The notes below the pieces were generated by a model, which was not told the DNA's origin, did no database searches, and saw nothing but the letters and a program-made list of their open reading frames with translations. A stretch of 64,000 nt of DNA from Candidatus Hydrogenedentota bacterium (GTDB lineage: Bacteria > Hydrogenedentota > Hydrogenedentia > Hydrogenedentales > SLHB01). The stretch covers positions 64,001 through 128,000 of the forward strand of contig CAXXYE010000004.1 of the NCBI GenBank assembly GCA_963674865.2, given 5' to 3'. The position numbers were made by a program, and so were the translations under genes. Within the stretch, counting starts at the first letter, position 1. Each line of letters starts with the position of its first letter. This document shows, in pieces, positions 9,542 through 19,374 of the stretch.

Positions 9542-10880
9542 TCGCCGCCCTTCCCAAGGCAGGCCGCATCATCCGCTGGCCCCCGTGCGTCTGAAGGGCA
9601 CGGTAGCGTTGGGGCTGAAGAGCCTTTGGAATCACCGGCTGCGCTCGCTGCTTACCATGCTGGGCATTGTGTTCGGCGTATGCTCCGTCATTGCCATGTT
9701 GGCCATCGGCGAGGGCGCGAACTATGAGGTACAGGAGCAGATCCGCCAACTCGGCAGCAACAATATCATCATCCGGAGCGTCAAACCTGTCGAAGAAAAG
9801 AAGAGCACCTCCGAGGCCACCTATGTTGTCGAATATGGCCTGACGTACGATGACATCGACCGCATCAAGACGACTATTCCAAGCGTGGAGATAAAGGTGC
9901 CCGGCCGCATCATGCGTAAGGACGTGTGGCGCGGCGCCAAGCGCGTGGACTGCGATATTTACGGCACCGTCCCCTGGTATACCGAAGTCAATAACCACCA
10001 TGTTGCCTATGGCCGCTTCTTCAATCGCGTCGAGTTGGAGGAAAAGGCCAACGTGTGTGTCATTGATGAAGGTACCGCCGAGACGCTATTCCCGCTCGAC
10101 GCCCCGATTGGGGCCACCGTTCACGTCGGCGCGCAGTACTACCGCGTCATCGGCGTGATGGAGCCAAAGTCGGCCCGGGCTTTCCAAGGAGATACCGAGA
10201 GCGAACAGCAGAATAACGGCGGCGGCAGCGGCGGCCATGCCGCGCACACGATCTTCATACCTCTCACGACGGCCAAAGAGCGCTTTGGCGAACTCCTCGT
10301 TGAACAGCAGAGCGGCTCCCGCTCTTACGAGCGCGTCGAGTTGCACGAGGTGACGGCCCAGGTCGTCCGGCAGGAGGATGTCATCGAAACCAGAGAGATC
10401 ATCGCCGCCCTCCTCGAGCGCCATCACAAAAAGCAGGACTACGAGATTATCGTGCCGTTGACGCTTCTTCGCCAAGCCGAGCGTACGAAGCAGATCTTCA
10501 ACGTAGTGCTGGGCGGTATTGCCGCGATCTCCCTTCTCGTGGGCGGCATCGGCATCATGAATATCATGTTGGCCAGTGTGACGGAGCGCACGCGTGAGAT
10601 CGGAATTCGCCGGGCCTTGGGCGCGAAGCGAAAGGACATTGTGGTTCAATTCCTCGTCGAAACCGTCATCCTCGCTGGTGTCGGCGGCCTCATCGGCGTC
10701 ACGCTCGGGATCTCGATACCTTTTTTCATCACCCATTTTGCCAAGATGAAGACCATCATCACCTTGTGGTCGCCCCTAACCGCATTCTCCATATCGGCCC
10801 TTGTGGGGGTGGTCTTTGGACTCTATCCCGCCTTCCGAGCCGCCAACATGGATCCCGTCGAGGCCCTCCGCCACGAGTAG
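9510..10880 (+). CDS. ABC transporter permease (MacB/FtsX type)
   Basis: RSLLTMLGIVFGV, GGIGIMNIMLASVTERTREIGIRRALGA, DPVEALRHE. Confidence 0.93.
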   Translation: MDKLSRTLATSRRPSQGRPHHPLAPVRLKGTVALGLKSLWNHRLRSLLTMLGIVFGVCSVIAMLAIGEGANYEVQEQIRQLGSNNIIIRSVKPVEEKKSTSEATYVVEYGLTYDDIDRIKTTIPSVEIKVPGRIMRKDVWRGAKRVDCDIYGTVPWYTEVNNHHVAYGRFFNRVELEEKANVCVIDEGTAETLFPLDAPIGATVHVGAQYYRVIGVMEPKSARAFQGDTESEQQNNGGGSGGHAAHTIFIPLTTAKERFGELLVEQQSGSRSYERVELHEVTAQVVRQEDVIETREIIAALLERHHKKQDYEIIVPLTLLRQAERTKQIFNVVLGGIAAISLLVGGIGIMNIMLASVTERTREIGIRRALGAKRKDIVVQFLVETVILAGVGGLIGVTLGISIPFFITHFAKMKTIITLWSPLTAFSISALVGVVFGLYPAFRAANMDPVEALRHE

Positions 10881-10987
10881 GGAGCATTCCGAGGCCACTT
10901 CGCGAGTGTGGGCCGCCTCCCTTCGTCAGATTGTGGTAAGATCCTCCACGAATACGTTCCTGGCTGCTCGGACGACTGAGGAATTCA

Positions 10988-12193
10988 ATGGATATCGTTG
11001 CCAAACCTGTCGAAACCGACGAGGAGCTTCGCCTGGCTCATGACCTTATGGCCAAGGTTCATTTCAGCGACTATTTTGCCGGGATGCACTGGCTCGATGC
11101 GTATGGCGAGAGCTATCCCGGCTTCCGCCGCGAGCATACGCGCGTTGCGCTTTGTGAGGGCCAACTCGCGGGAGCGCTGCGCATCTACACGGAGACCATC
11201 CGCATCGGCGAAGCCCGCCTCAAGACGGGCGGCTTCGCCGCGGTGACCACGGCGCCCGGCTTCCGTAACCGGGGGATCTGCCGGCGGCTCATGCTTGACG
11301 CCATGGCCTACATGAAGCGGCACGGCTATCACATCTCGATGCTCTTTGGCATCCCGAACTTCTACCACCGCTTCGAGTTCGCTACCACGCTCGCGGACTA
11401 CGCCATCCTCGTCGAGGTCGTCGAGGCCGCCATGCCCCAGACGACGTGCAAGGCGCGGCCCGCCAAGCCGGGCGACATCCGCGATATCCAGAAGATCCAC
11501 AACATGAACGATCAAGGCGTCGCCTGTTCGCTCCTCCGCAGTGCGGCCCACCTCACCAACAAGTGGGAGCGCTGCAAGAACATGCAAGTGCTTCTCAACA
11601 CGCAGGGCAAAGTCGTAGCGTACTTCACCCCGCGCCGGGATAAGGAGCAGTTGACGGTTGATGAGGTGGGCGTGGCCGATGAAGTGGCCTGCGAGGCGGT
11701 TCTGGCCGCAGCGGCCAAGGTTGCCGGAGAAGAATCCGTCGGGCGCATCCGTTTCCACGTCCCGCCGCCGCATCCTTTTGCCCGGTTCCTGCTCCGGTAC
11801 AAGTCACGGCACGAGACTTACATCCTGCGTGACGCGGGCGGCATGATGGCCTTCATCGACATCGGCGAGTCGCTCGAACACATGATCCCGGAGTGGGAGA
11901 GTCTCCTGGCGCAAGCAGCCGCGCGCGATTATCGCGCCGAATTTACGCTGCTCGTTAACAAGGCCCAGTTCCGCGTGCGCGCGAATCGCGGCGCTATCGA
12001 TGTGGCCGGGCAATCCGGCAACAACAAAGTCAGCCTGAGTCCCGGCGAACTGATGCACCTCCTCACCGGCTACCGCTACGCCGAAGACATCCTCGCTACC
12101 CGCCGCCGCATCCTCACCCCCGAGGCGCGTGCCCTCATTATGGCCCTCTTCCCAAAGCGCACACCGTTCGTCTGGAACTTCGACAAGTTCTAG
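10988..12193 (+). CDS. Eis-like GNAT acetyltransferase with C-terminal SCP2-like domain
   Basis: V.TAPGFRNRG acetyl-CoA motif, FYHRF; ~400 aa three-domain layout ending in ..DKF. Confidence 0.8.
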   Translation: MDIVAKPVETDEELRLAHDLMAKVHFSDYFAGMHWLDAYGESYPGFRREHTRVALCEGQLAGALRIYTETIRIGEARLKTGGFAAVTTAPGFRNRGICRRLMLDAMAYMKRHGYHISMLFGIPNFYHRFEFATTLADYAILVEVVEAAMPQTTCKARPAKPGDIRDIQKIHNMNDQGVACSLLRSAAHLTNKWERCKNMQVLLNTQGKVVAYFTPRRDKEQLTVDEVGVADEVACEAVLAAAAKVAGEESVGRIRFHVPPPHPFARFLLRYKSRHETYILRDAGGMMAFIDIGESLEHMIPEWESLLAQAAARDYRAEFTLLVNKAQFRVRANRGAIDVAGQSGNNKVSLSPGELMHLLTGYRYAEDILATRRRILTPEARALIMALFPKRTPFVWNFDKF

Positions 12194-12322
12194 TTCCCTT
12201 TCGCAGCGCGCCACGAAGCGGAACAGATCGAGGTACTCATCGTCCTTCTTGCGACTCGGCGGTATCCTTTCTGACGTGAATCTGGTCTTATACGTAGAGG
12301 ACCTTGATAAGGACATGCCGGC

Positions 12323-13570
12323 ATGAACGAGTTGCGTTGTTTGGTGGAGCAGGCGCGCGCGGGCGATTTGGAAGCATTCACGGAAGTGGTTCGGCGCTTT
12401 CAGGACATGGCCCACGGCTACGCGTACTCCATCCTGGGCGACTTCCACCTTGCGGAAGACGCTGCACAGGAAGCGTTTGTGGACGCGTACTACAAGCTGG
12501 ACAGCCTGCGCGAGCCCGCGGCTTTTCCTGGATGGTTTCGCCGCATTGTCTTCAAACACTGCGACCGCATCATCCAGAAGAAGCGCGTGCCCGCCGTGCC
12601 GCTGGCGGAAGGTATGCGCGTAGCCGAATCGGACCTGCAACGCAGCGAGATGCAGGAGCGCGTGCTCGAAGCGATTCGCGAGCTGCCTGAGCGCCAGCGG
12701 GAAACAACGACGCTCTACTACATCAACGGATACTCGCAAAACGAGATTTCGGACTTTCTCGAAGTCCCCGTGACGACAATCAAGAAACGCCTTCACGATT
12801 CGAGGAAGAAGCTGAAAGAAAGGATGCTAGGCATGGTAGAAGACACCCTTAAGAACAACGCGCCCGATGAGCGCTTCTCCCGGAAGGTGATTGATGAATT
12901 GCGCGCGAGGCCGAATTTGCTCAAGCTGAGTGACCACCCCGTGGCCAAGACGCTTGAAGCCATCATGCAGGCTTTGGCTGAGTATGAATACGTCGAAGGC
13001 GATGAGGTCATTGCCAGGACGGATCCGCGGAATGTCTACACGATAGACGTGCCCAAGGAGGCCTATCCTGTTGATGATGACCACGTCTTGCGCACCAGTA
13101 CCACGCCCATCGTGGAGCGCGCCGCCGTGGGGCGAACTCCGCCGGTTCACTTGATCACCGCAGGCCGAGCGTTCCGTTCTGGGGATGTTGACGGCCATCC
13201 GCATAGGGCAAACGTCTTTCACATGGTGGATGTATTGTGCATTGCGCCGGGAGTCACGGTGGACGACCTGCGCCGCACGTTGAAGCTGGCCGTGGCGGCT
13301 GGACTGGGTGAGCAGATCACTCGTTGGGAATTCGAAGAAGCGGCGTTTGCAGGCTATGTGGACTGCCTCCATGCGCGAATCCAAAACAAGGGCAGATTCC
13401 GCCAGGTCGCCGGAGCCGGCATGATTTCACCGGCCTCGCTTTCCAGCGCCGGTTTCGATCCAACGTCGGTGAGTGGCTTCGCCTACGGGATTGGCTTGGA
13501 GCGACTTACAATGCTTAGGCTCGGCTTGGATGACATCAAGGCGTTGTGGAAACCGCCCTATGTCCGCTAG
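12323..13570 (+). CDS. ECF sigma-70 factor fused to a phenylalanyl-tRNA synthetase alpha-like (class II aaRS) catalytic domain
   Basis: N-term AEDAAQEAF..F.GW.RRI and LPERQR..Y..EIS..LEVP..TIKKRL (sigma regions 2 and 4); C-term HP, LRTSTT, AGRAFR, FHMVD, GAGM, GFAYGIGLERLTML. Confidence 0.88.
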   Translation: MNELRCLVEQARAGDLEAFTEVVRRFQDMAHGYAYSILGDFHLAEDAAQEAFVDAYYKLDSLREPAAFPGWFRRIVFKHCDRIIQKKRVPAVPLAEGMRVAESDLQRSEMQERVLEAIRELPERQRETTTLYYINGYSQNEISDFLEVPVTTIKKRLHDSRKKLKERMLGMVEDTLKNNAPDERFSRKVIDELRARPNLLKLSDHPVAKTLEAIMQALAEYEYVEGDEVIARTDPRNVYTIDVPKEAYPVDDDHVLRTSTTPIVERAAVGRTPPVHLITAGRAFRSGDVDGHPHRANVFHMVDVLCIAPGVTVDDLRRTLKLAVAAGLGEQITRWEFEEAAFAGYVDCLHARIQNKGRFRQVAGAGMISPASLSSAGFDPTSVSGFAYGIGLERLTMLRLGLDDIKALWKPPYVR

Positions 13571-13630
13571 CCAGTGCCGAGGATACCGAGTGAGTGGCCT
13601 TGCCGTCGGCTATTTGCTCAAATACTCTCT

Positions 13631-13659
13631 TTGATCTAGCCGCGTCTCTTGGATATACT
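13631..13659 (+). promoter_or_regulatory. Sigma70-type promoter of tRNA-Leu
   Basis: TTGATC-N17-TATACT ending 10 nt before the tRNA 5' end. Confidence 0.7.
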
Positions 13660-13669
13660 CTCGCTCCGT

Positions 13670-13756
13670 GCCGGGGTGGCGAAATTGGCAGACGCACCGG
13701 ACTCAAAATCCGGCGGGAGCAATCCCATGAGGGTTCGAGTCCCTCCTCCGGCACCA
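13670..13756 (+). tRNA. tRNA-Leu(CAA)
   Basis: Acceptor GCCGGGG/CTCCGGC-A-CCA, anticodon arm CCGGA-CTCAAAA-TCCGG, long variable arm, GGTTCGAGTCC T arm. Confidence 0.97.
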
Positions 13757-14056
13757 CTCCTAACAATGCTGCGGGGGGACACGATCTACCGGCGCGGCCT
13801 CCGTGCGTGCCTTGCGCGAGGGGGCTTGATCCCACCTGGGGGCTTGTCTACCATCCTCTGTAGGCGCTCGGGGCGCCGCATACCTTAATGAGAGTGCCGG
13901 TGGCATTGGTCCATAGCCAAGGCCGCTAGAGCCCGGCTCCAATCGGCAGCGTTGACAGTGGGAAGTGAGTGAATTGTCCGACACGTGGGAAGTCTCTGGT
14001 GCAGGCAAAATGATGTCGTTTGCACCTCGTATATGTGCCTATTGGGTGGCCGGGGG

Positions 14057-16306
14057 ATGCTCTGGATGAGCGAGCACATCACGGATAGCCCGGCATCTGA
14101 TGGCGAAGTCGCGCGAGCCGGCCCGGCTGGTGATGGCAATGAGCAGCGAATCGGCGTCCACTTCTGGGATCTATGTGCTCTCATCGTATTGACGGCTTTG
14201 GCCCTCGCATTGCGCCTGCCCTTCCTCGGGGGGAACAGTCTCTGGCTCGACGAGTTTAACATCCTCGATTTCCTCAAGGCGCCGACGCTCTGGGAGGCTA
14301 TTAGGAGTGTTCCGCCGCCACACGGGCCCGGCTTGGCGGTGGTTATGTGGCCTTTTCGGGCGCTTTTTGACACGGATTTCGGCCTCCGGCTCATCCCGGC
14401 CCTCATGGGCGCCCTGAGCGTGCCCATCCTCTATTGGATAGGCAAGCGGCATTTTGACAGGACTACCGGCTTCGTGGCGGGCGTCCTATTGGCATGTGCT
14501 CCCGCCCACGTCGATTTCTCACGCCAACTCGAGTACTACCCCCTGTATGTCCTATGTGCCATCCTGGCTGTTTGGGCGTTCCTCGGAGCTTGGGAACGGC
14601 CGCAGGCGACGCGGTGGATACTGGCGGGAGTCTGCCTCGCCGCCACGCTGTTTTCGCACATCTTTGGCGTGTTCGCGCTGGGCATGGTATCGCTGGGCTT
14701 GGCGATGGAGGTGGTTTTTCGTCGAGAGCGCTTGCCGCGTCTGCTTGGCCTCGGCCTGACGTGGTGCGCCGCGGCCGCGCTATACCTGCCGCTGGTGCTG
14801 TATAGGCATGCCCATGACACGGTAAGCCGTGTGAAACTGGGCGCCAAGGTTATCGAAGGCCCGCATGAGCAATGGTTCTACTGGCTTTGGCGGCACGTCT
14901 CCAACCTGTGGACCGGCGGCCTGTATCTTCGCGACTTCCTGGTGCCGCCTGCTGTTCTAGCGTTTGCGTGCGCGCTCGTTTTGGCAGGAGTTGTTGCCTG
15001 CGCGAGGCGTCGCCGGGCGGCCTTGCTCGCGGCGCTTTTCCTGACGCTCTCTCCCGTTGCGACAATCGGATTCTGTATGTGGTATGGCTACACGCCCCAC
15101 GCGCGCTATTCACTTGCCTTTCTTCCCGGCCTAGCGCTTCTGATGGGTATGGGGACGTCGGCCCTGTGCCGCGTGGGGGCGCGGGGGGGAGTCGGGGGCG
15201 CGGCAGCGATGCTGGGCCTCCTAGCCGCGGCGGCGACGATTCTATACTGGAACGGAATGGCCCTTGCCACCTACTACACGGCTCCGGCCTATGAGGACTT
15301 CCGCGGTGTCTGCGCTTTGCTCGAAAGGGAGGCCGACGAGGAGGACGGGATCTTCTCTGACCTTCTGGACTACAGTTCGAAGCGAATGTTTGAACGCTAC
15401 GCCCCCAGTCTGGCGCCCCGGGTGATAGACACGAGCATGCAAGATATCTTCGAAGCGGCGCCGCCTTTCTTTGAGCGGGGAAAGCGCGTCTGGTATGTGG
15501 ATCGGTGGTCGATGCGTCCCAAAGTCAGCCAATGGCTCGATGAGTTGGGAGTGCGCATGTATAACGTCGCAGGCCCCGGTGGCTACGTGGCGCTCCTGAT
15601 TCCCAATCCTCCCTTCTCGCGGCAAGAGGCTGATGAAATGGCGTGGTCCGCAATGAATGTGGCGCTGGATGTCTTTCCGAAAGGCCAGCAGAAAACGCTA
15701 TGGGAGATGGGCGAACTCGTCTCAACGATGCAGGGGGGGGAGAGGCCGCCGCCTGCATGGTTTTTTCAGCGTCGTGCGCGAGAACTGGAGCGATGGCTGC
15801 GTTTCACGTCCATGTCCCGCCATGTGCGGATGCAGGTGGGGAAATCTTATTTCGCCGCGGAGGACTATGCAAACGCTGCTCGTTACTTCGCGTGGGCGCT
15901 TCGGCTCAGTCCCCCGCGGAAGCAGGCGCACTGCCGGGATGAGCTTGTCCTATCGCTCTTCAAGCTCGCCGAGGAGCTGAGCGCCGCAGGGGCCAGAGAG
16001 GTGGCCGCGGACGCGTATGTGCGCGCGTATGGAGAAGCTCGCCCCAAGAGCGTAGAGGCGTTGCGTTGTGCTGCCGCGATGTACCTCAAGAGTCCGGATG
16101 TTGCACAGGCGATTGCAGCGTACAGAGAGAGGTGTCGGAGGGAGCCGCGTAGGGCCGAATGGCATTTCATCCTTGGCACGCTGCTTTGGGAAATTGGGGA
16201 GAAGCAGGAAGGATGTCAGCACCTTCTATCCGCTGCCGAACTCGAGCCGCAGAACCGGGCGTTTGACAAGGCGCTCGCCGACTACTCTATCAGGCGTAAG
16301 TACTAG
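14057..16306 (+). CDS. GT-C (family 39/83-like) membrane glycosyltransferase with C-terminal TPRs
   Basis: SLWLDE motif after the first TM, many TM helices, TPR-like C-terminus; start uncertain. Confidence 0.75.
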   Translation: MLWMSEHITDSPASDGEVARAGPAGDGNEQRIGVHFWDLCALIVLTALALALRLPFLGGNSLWLDEFNILDFLKAPTLWEAIRSVPPPHGPGLAVVMWPFRALFDTDFGLRLIPALMGALSVPILYWIGKRHFDRTTGFVAGVLLACAPAHVDFSRQLEYYPLYVLCAILAVWAFLGAWERPQATRWILAGVCLAATLFSHIFGVFALGMVSLGLAMEVVFRRERLPRLLGLGLTWCAAAALYLPLVLYRHAHDTVSRVKLGAKVIEGPHEQWFYWLWRHVSNLWTGGLYLRDFLVPPAVLAFACALVLAGVVACARRRRAALLAALFLTLSPVATIGFCMWYGYTPHARYSLAFLPGLALLMGMGTSALCRVGARGGVGGAAAMLGLLAAAATILYWNGMALATYYTAPAYEDFRGVCALLEREADEEDGIFSDLLDYSSKRMFERYAPSLAPRVIDTSMQDIFEAAPPFFERGKRVWYVDRWSMRPKVSQWLDELGVRMYNVAGPGGYVALLIPNPPFSRQEADEMAWSAMNVALDVFPKGQQKTLWEMGELVSTMQGGERPPPAWFFQRRARELERWLRFTSMSRHVRMQVGKSYFAAEDYANAARYFAWALRLSPPRKQAHCRDELVLSLFKLAEELSAAGAREVAADAYVRAYGEARPKSVEALRCAAAMYLKSPDVAQAIAAYRERCRREPRRAEWHFILGTLLWEIGEKQEGCQHLLSAAELEPQNRAFDKALADYSIRRKY

Positions 16307-16373
16307 GCCGCAGCGTGGCGCTCATTGTGGGGGCGCGAGCGGCGGTGTTGGCGGACTCGATAGGGCGTACCTG

Positions 16374-16937
16374 TCAGCAGCGATAGACTTTGGCTTCCGT
16401 CACGACCATATCCACTGGAACATCATGGACTTCGACGGGGGGCTTTTCGACGATTTGCAGATCGTACGCTAATCCGATCTTTGTGCCTGGAAAGCCGGCC
16501 ATGAAGCGGTCGAAATAGCCCCCGCCATAGCCGATTCGGTATCCATCCGGCGCAAAGGCAACGCCAGGTACGAGTACAACGTCACCTGCCGTCGGCGAGG
16601 TCGGCCGCTTGAACTCCGGTGCCGGCTCAAGAATTCCGAACCGCGCCGGGCGGAGTTCCGACAGGGCGTCAAGTCGCGACCATGTCATATGCCCGCCGGG
16701 CTCCGCGATGGGCACTAGCACGTCCTTCCCTTCGGGCAGCAAGGACTCGATAAGCGGCCTTGTGTCTACCTCATTGTCCTTCGACGCGACATACGTGAGA
16801 ACGCGTGTTGCCTGTTGAAACGCTTCGAGCGAATGCAGGCGTTTGACAATGGCCATACTCTTATCCCTGACTTCCGCCAAGGCCATGGCACGGCGTGTCT
16901 CCAGCATCTGCTTCCTAAGTGCCTGTTTGTCGAGCAT
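16374..16937 (-). CDS. 5-formyltetrahydrofolate cyclo-ligase
   Basis: K..LR, NEVDT, FGILEP, VPGVAF...GYRIGYGGGYFDR; start could be 16952. Confidence 0.93.
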   Translation of the reverse strand: MLDKQALRKQMLETRRAMALAEVRDKSMAIVKRLHSLEAFQQATRVLTYVASKDNEVDTRPLIESLLPEGKDVLVPIAEPGGHMTWSRLDALSELRPARFGILEPAPEFKRPTSPTAGDVVLVPGVAFAPDGYRIGYGGGYFDRFMAGFPGTKIGLAYDLQIVEKPPVEVHDVPVDMVVTEAKVYRC

Positions 16938-17085
16938 ATGCCTTTCCCGCATGGCAATGTGATTCAGTTGCGCGGATTATGGGCCAGTCCCGTAGGAACG
17001 TCAACACATCGGCGCCCTTCTTAAGGGCTAGAGCAGGCCCATCGCGTTCTAGGAAAGGGTAATGGGCCGTGGCGAATTCAGCGGC

Positions 17086-19374
17086 TTATGCCGTGTCAAC
17101 GACCTTCCGGATGGCTCGGGCAAGGTCGGCGCCGATGATGGGCTTCATTACGTGGTGCTGAATCTCGCCTTGGTTGGCCGCCGTTTCCCGCATAGTCTCC
17201 GCGAACCCGCTGCACAGGATCACCGGAATATCGCGGCGGATCTCGTGGAGCCTTCGGCTCAACTCCGTTCCCTTCATCTGCGGCATCATCTGATCGGTCA
17301 CGACCACGTCAAAAGCGTCGGGGCTCTCGGAGAAGAGCGCCACCGCGTTGGGGCTGCTGGTTTGAACAGTTACCTTGTATCCCAGTCGCTCGAGTGCGGC
17401 CTTAGCGAACTCGCCTATGGGTTCTTCGTCGTCCACCAGCAGCACCCGCTCCGTGCCCCGCAGTTTGGCCAAGGGCACCTCTGCTTCGGCAGAGAGGCTT
17501 TCACCGGGCATACACGGGAGCAAGACCGTGAATGTCGAGCCCTCCCCCGGATGGCTGTATACGTGAATGGCGCCTTGGAGGTCCGTCACAATGCCGTGGA
17601 TGGTTGACAGTCCGAGCCCGGTGCCCTCGCCTCGCTCCTTCGTGGTGAAATACGGTTCAAAGATGCGGGCCTTCGTCACCTCGTCCATCCCGTGCCCGGT
17701 GTCATGGACCTCAAGTCGCACGTACTCGCCCGGGGATAGACTGGGATCCCGTTCGACTTCGCTCTCGCTTATCTCGACTTGGGCGAGTCGCACTGCCAGC
17801 AAGCCGCCTTTCTCCTGCATGGCGTGATTGGCGTTTGTGCAGAGGTTCATTAGGATCTGGTGGAGTCCCGTCGGGTCGGCAAGCACCGGCGCGCAGGTGC
17901 TGTCGATGTCCTCCTTGATCTCGATGGTTGCGGGAATCGACCCGCGTAGCAGCTTCAGCGCTTCTTTCACGACGGATTGAACTCGAACTGGTTGCGTCTC
18001 GCGTTCACTCTGGCGGCTGAAGGCGAGAATCTGGGCGACTAGATCCCTCGCACGCCGCCCCGCTGTAGCCACCTGGGAGAGGCTCGACCTCACCTCGCTA
18101 TCCTCGGGGAGGTCGTCCATGGCGATATCCGTATAGCCCATGATCGCGCTCAGGATGTTGTTGAAGTCGTGTGCGATCCCGCCCGCCAATGTACCGATGG
18201 CCTCGAGTTTCTGAGCTTGTTGAAGCCGGTGTTCCAGTGCGATCTGTTCCGTGATATCACGGGCGACGGCCACGAAATTGACGATATGTCCCGCGTTGTC
18301 GCGCACGGGGGACGCGGTCACTTCCTGGGTGCAAAGCATGCCGTCGGGCCGCTTGAACTGCAGCCTGCCGGACCACGACTTTCCCGATGCGACGGTTTCC
18401 CATAGCTGCCGGAGCGCCGCTTCCCCGTCCTGCCCGCCGAGAATCGTCCGCATGTCGACGTCTAGCGCCTCCGAGCGGGATAGCCCGGACAGTTGTTCCC
18501 ATGCCGGATTAGCGTATCGCGCCACGCCCGAAGCGTCGGTGATTACAATAGCCTCCGCCGCTTGGTCGATGGCCGCGGCGAGTTGCCGCCGCTCGTCCTC
18601 TACCCGCTTGCGCTCCGAGATATCTTCGACGATTGCCGCGAGATACTGCTCATGGGTAGTGGCTACGCGCACCAGCGACAGCGTAGCTCTACAGAACAAG
18701 CGCTGGCCGCGCTTTCGCAGGTATTGCTTTTCGCCCGACACCCATTCCACCTCCCCCTGGGCGAGTCGCTGTCTGTCGGCCTCGTCCGACTGGTGGAATT
18801 CCTTGCAGGTGACATCGGCGGTCGCCCGCCCGAGCAGCTCTTCCTCGCTGTATCCCAGCATGTCGCAGAAGCGGTGATTCACCCGTAGGAACGTGCCGTC
18901 AAGCGAAATGTGAGCCATGCCGACCGCGGCCTGCTCGAAGCTGCTGCGGAATCCCGCTTGGCTTTCCGCGAGCATGTGGCGTGTGCGCAGATGGGCCCGC
19001 ATCCGAACACGAATCTCCTCAAACTGGAATGGCTTGGTGATGTAGTCCGCTCCCCCGCAGTCGTAGGCGGCGACTTTGTTAAATGTCTCCCCCAAGGCAC
19101 TGACGAAGATAACGGGGATATCACGTAATCGTGTGTCCGCCTTCACACGGCGGCACACCTCGTAGCCGTCCATGCCGGGCATGTGGATGTCGAGAAGGAT
19201 CATGTCGGGCGGGGATGCCTCGACGCTTCGCAGGGCTTCGTGGCCGCTGCGTGCCACGCGGATGGTACACCCCTGTTTCGTCAGCATCTCCCGTAACACG
19301 CGCAGGTTCTCGGGATTATCGTCTACGACGAGCACCACTGCGCTGTTCAGATCTCGTTCGCGGGCATCACTCAT
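17086..19374 (-). CDS. Hybrid sensor kinase REC-PAS-PAS-HisKA-HATPase-REC
   Basis: VVDD/LLDI.MP N-terminal REC, GGIAHDFNN H-box, GTGLGL, C-terminal REC. Confidence 0.92.
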   Translation of the reverse strand: MSDARERDLNSAVVLVVDDNPENLRVLREMLTKQGCTIRVARSGHEALRSVEASPPDMILLDIHMPGMDGYEVCRRVKADTRLRDIPVIFVSALGETFNKVAAYDCGGADYITKPFQFEEIRVRMRAHLRTRHMLAESQAGFRSSFEQAAVGMAHISLDGTFLRVNHRFCDMLGYSEEELLGRATADVTCKEFHQSDEADRQRLAQGEVEWVSGEKQYLRKRGQRLFCRATLSLVRVATTHEQYLAAIVEDISERKRVEDERRQLAAAIDQAAEAIVITDASGVARYANPAWEQLSGLSRSEALDVDMRTILGGQDGEAALRQLWETVASGKSWSGRLQFKRPDGMLCTQEVTASPVRDNAGHIVNFVAVARDITEQIALEHRLQQAQKLEAIGTLAGGIAHDFNNILSAIMGYTDIAMDDLPEDSEVRSSLSQVATAGRRARDLVAQILAFSRQSERETQPVRVQSVVKEALKLLRGSIPATIEIKEDIDSTCAPVLADPTGLHQILMNLCTNANHAMQEKGGLLAVRLAQVEISESEVERDPSLSPGEYVRLEVHDTGHGMDEVTKARIFEPYFTTKERGEGTGLGLSTIHGIVTDLQGAIHVYSHPGEGSTFTVLLPCMPGESLSAEAEVPLAKLRGTERVLLVDDEEPIGEFAKAALERLGYKVTVQTSSPNAVALFSESPDAFDVVVTDQMMPQMKGTELSRRLHEIRRDIPVILCSGFAETMRETAANQGEIQHHVMKPIIGADLARAIRKVVDTA

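Noticed and set aside
12900..13570. Housekeeping pheS or an accidental read-through fusion
   Set aside because: Specificity motifs are altered, the PheS N-terminus and pheT are absent, and the linker is continuous with no sign of a lost stop
16953..17085. 6S RNA upstream of the 5-formyl-THF cyclo-ligase (ssrS-ygfA synteny)
   Set aside because: Only ~130-150 nt available and no long hairpin with a central bubble visible
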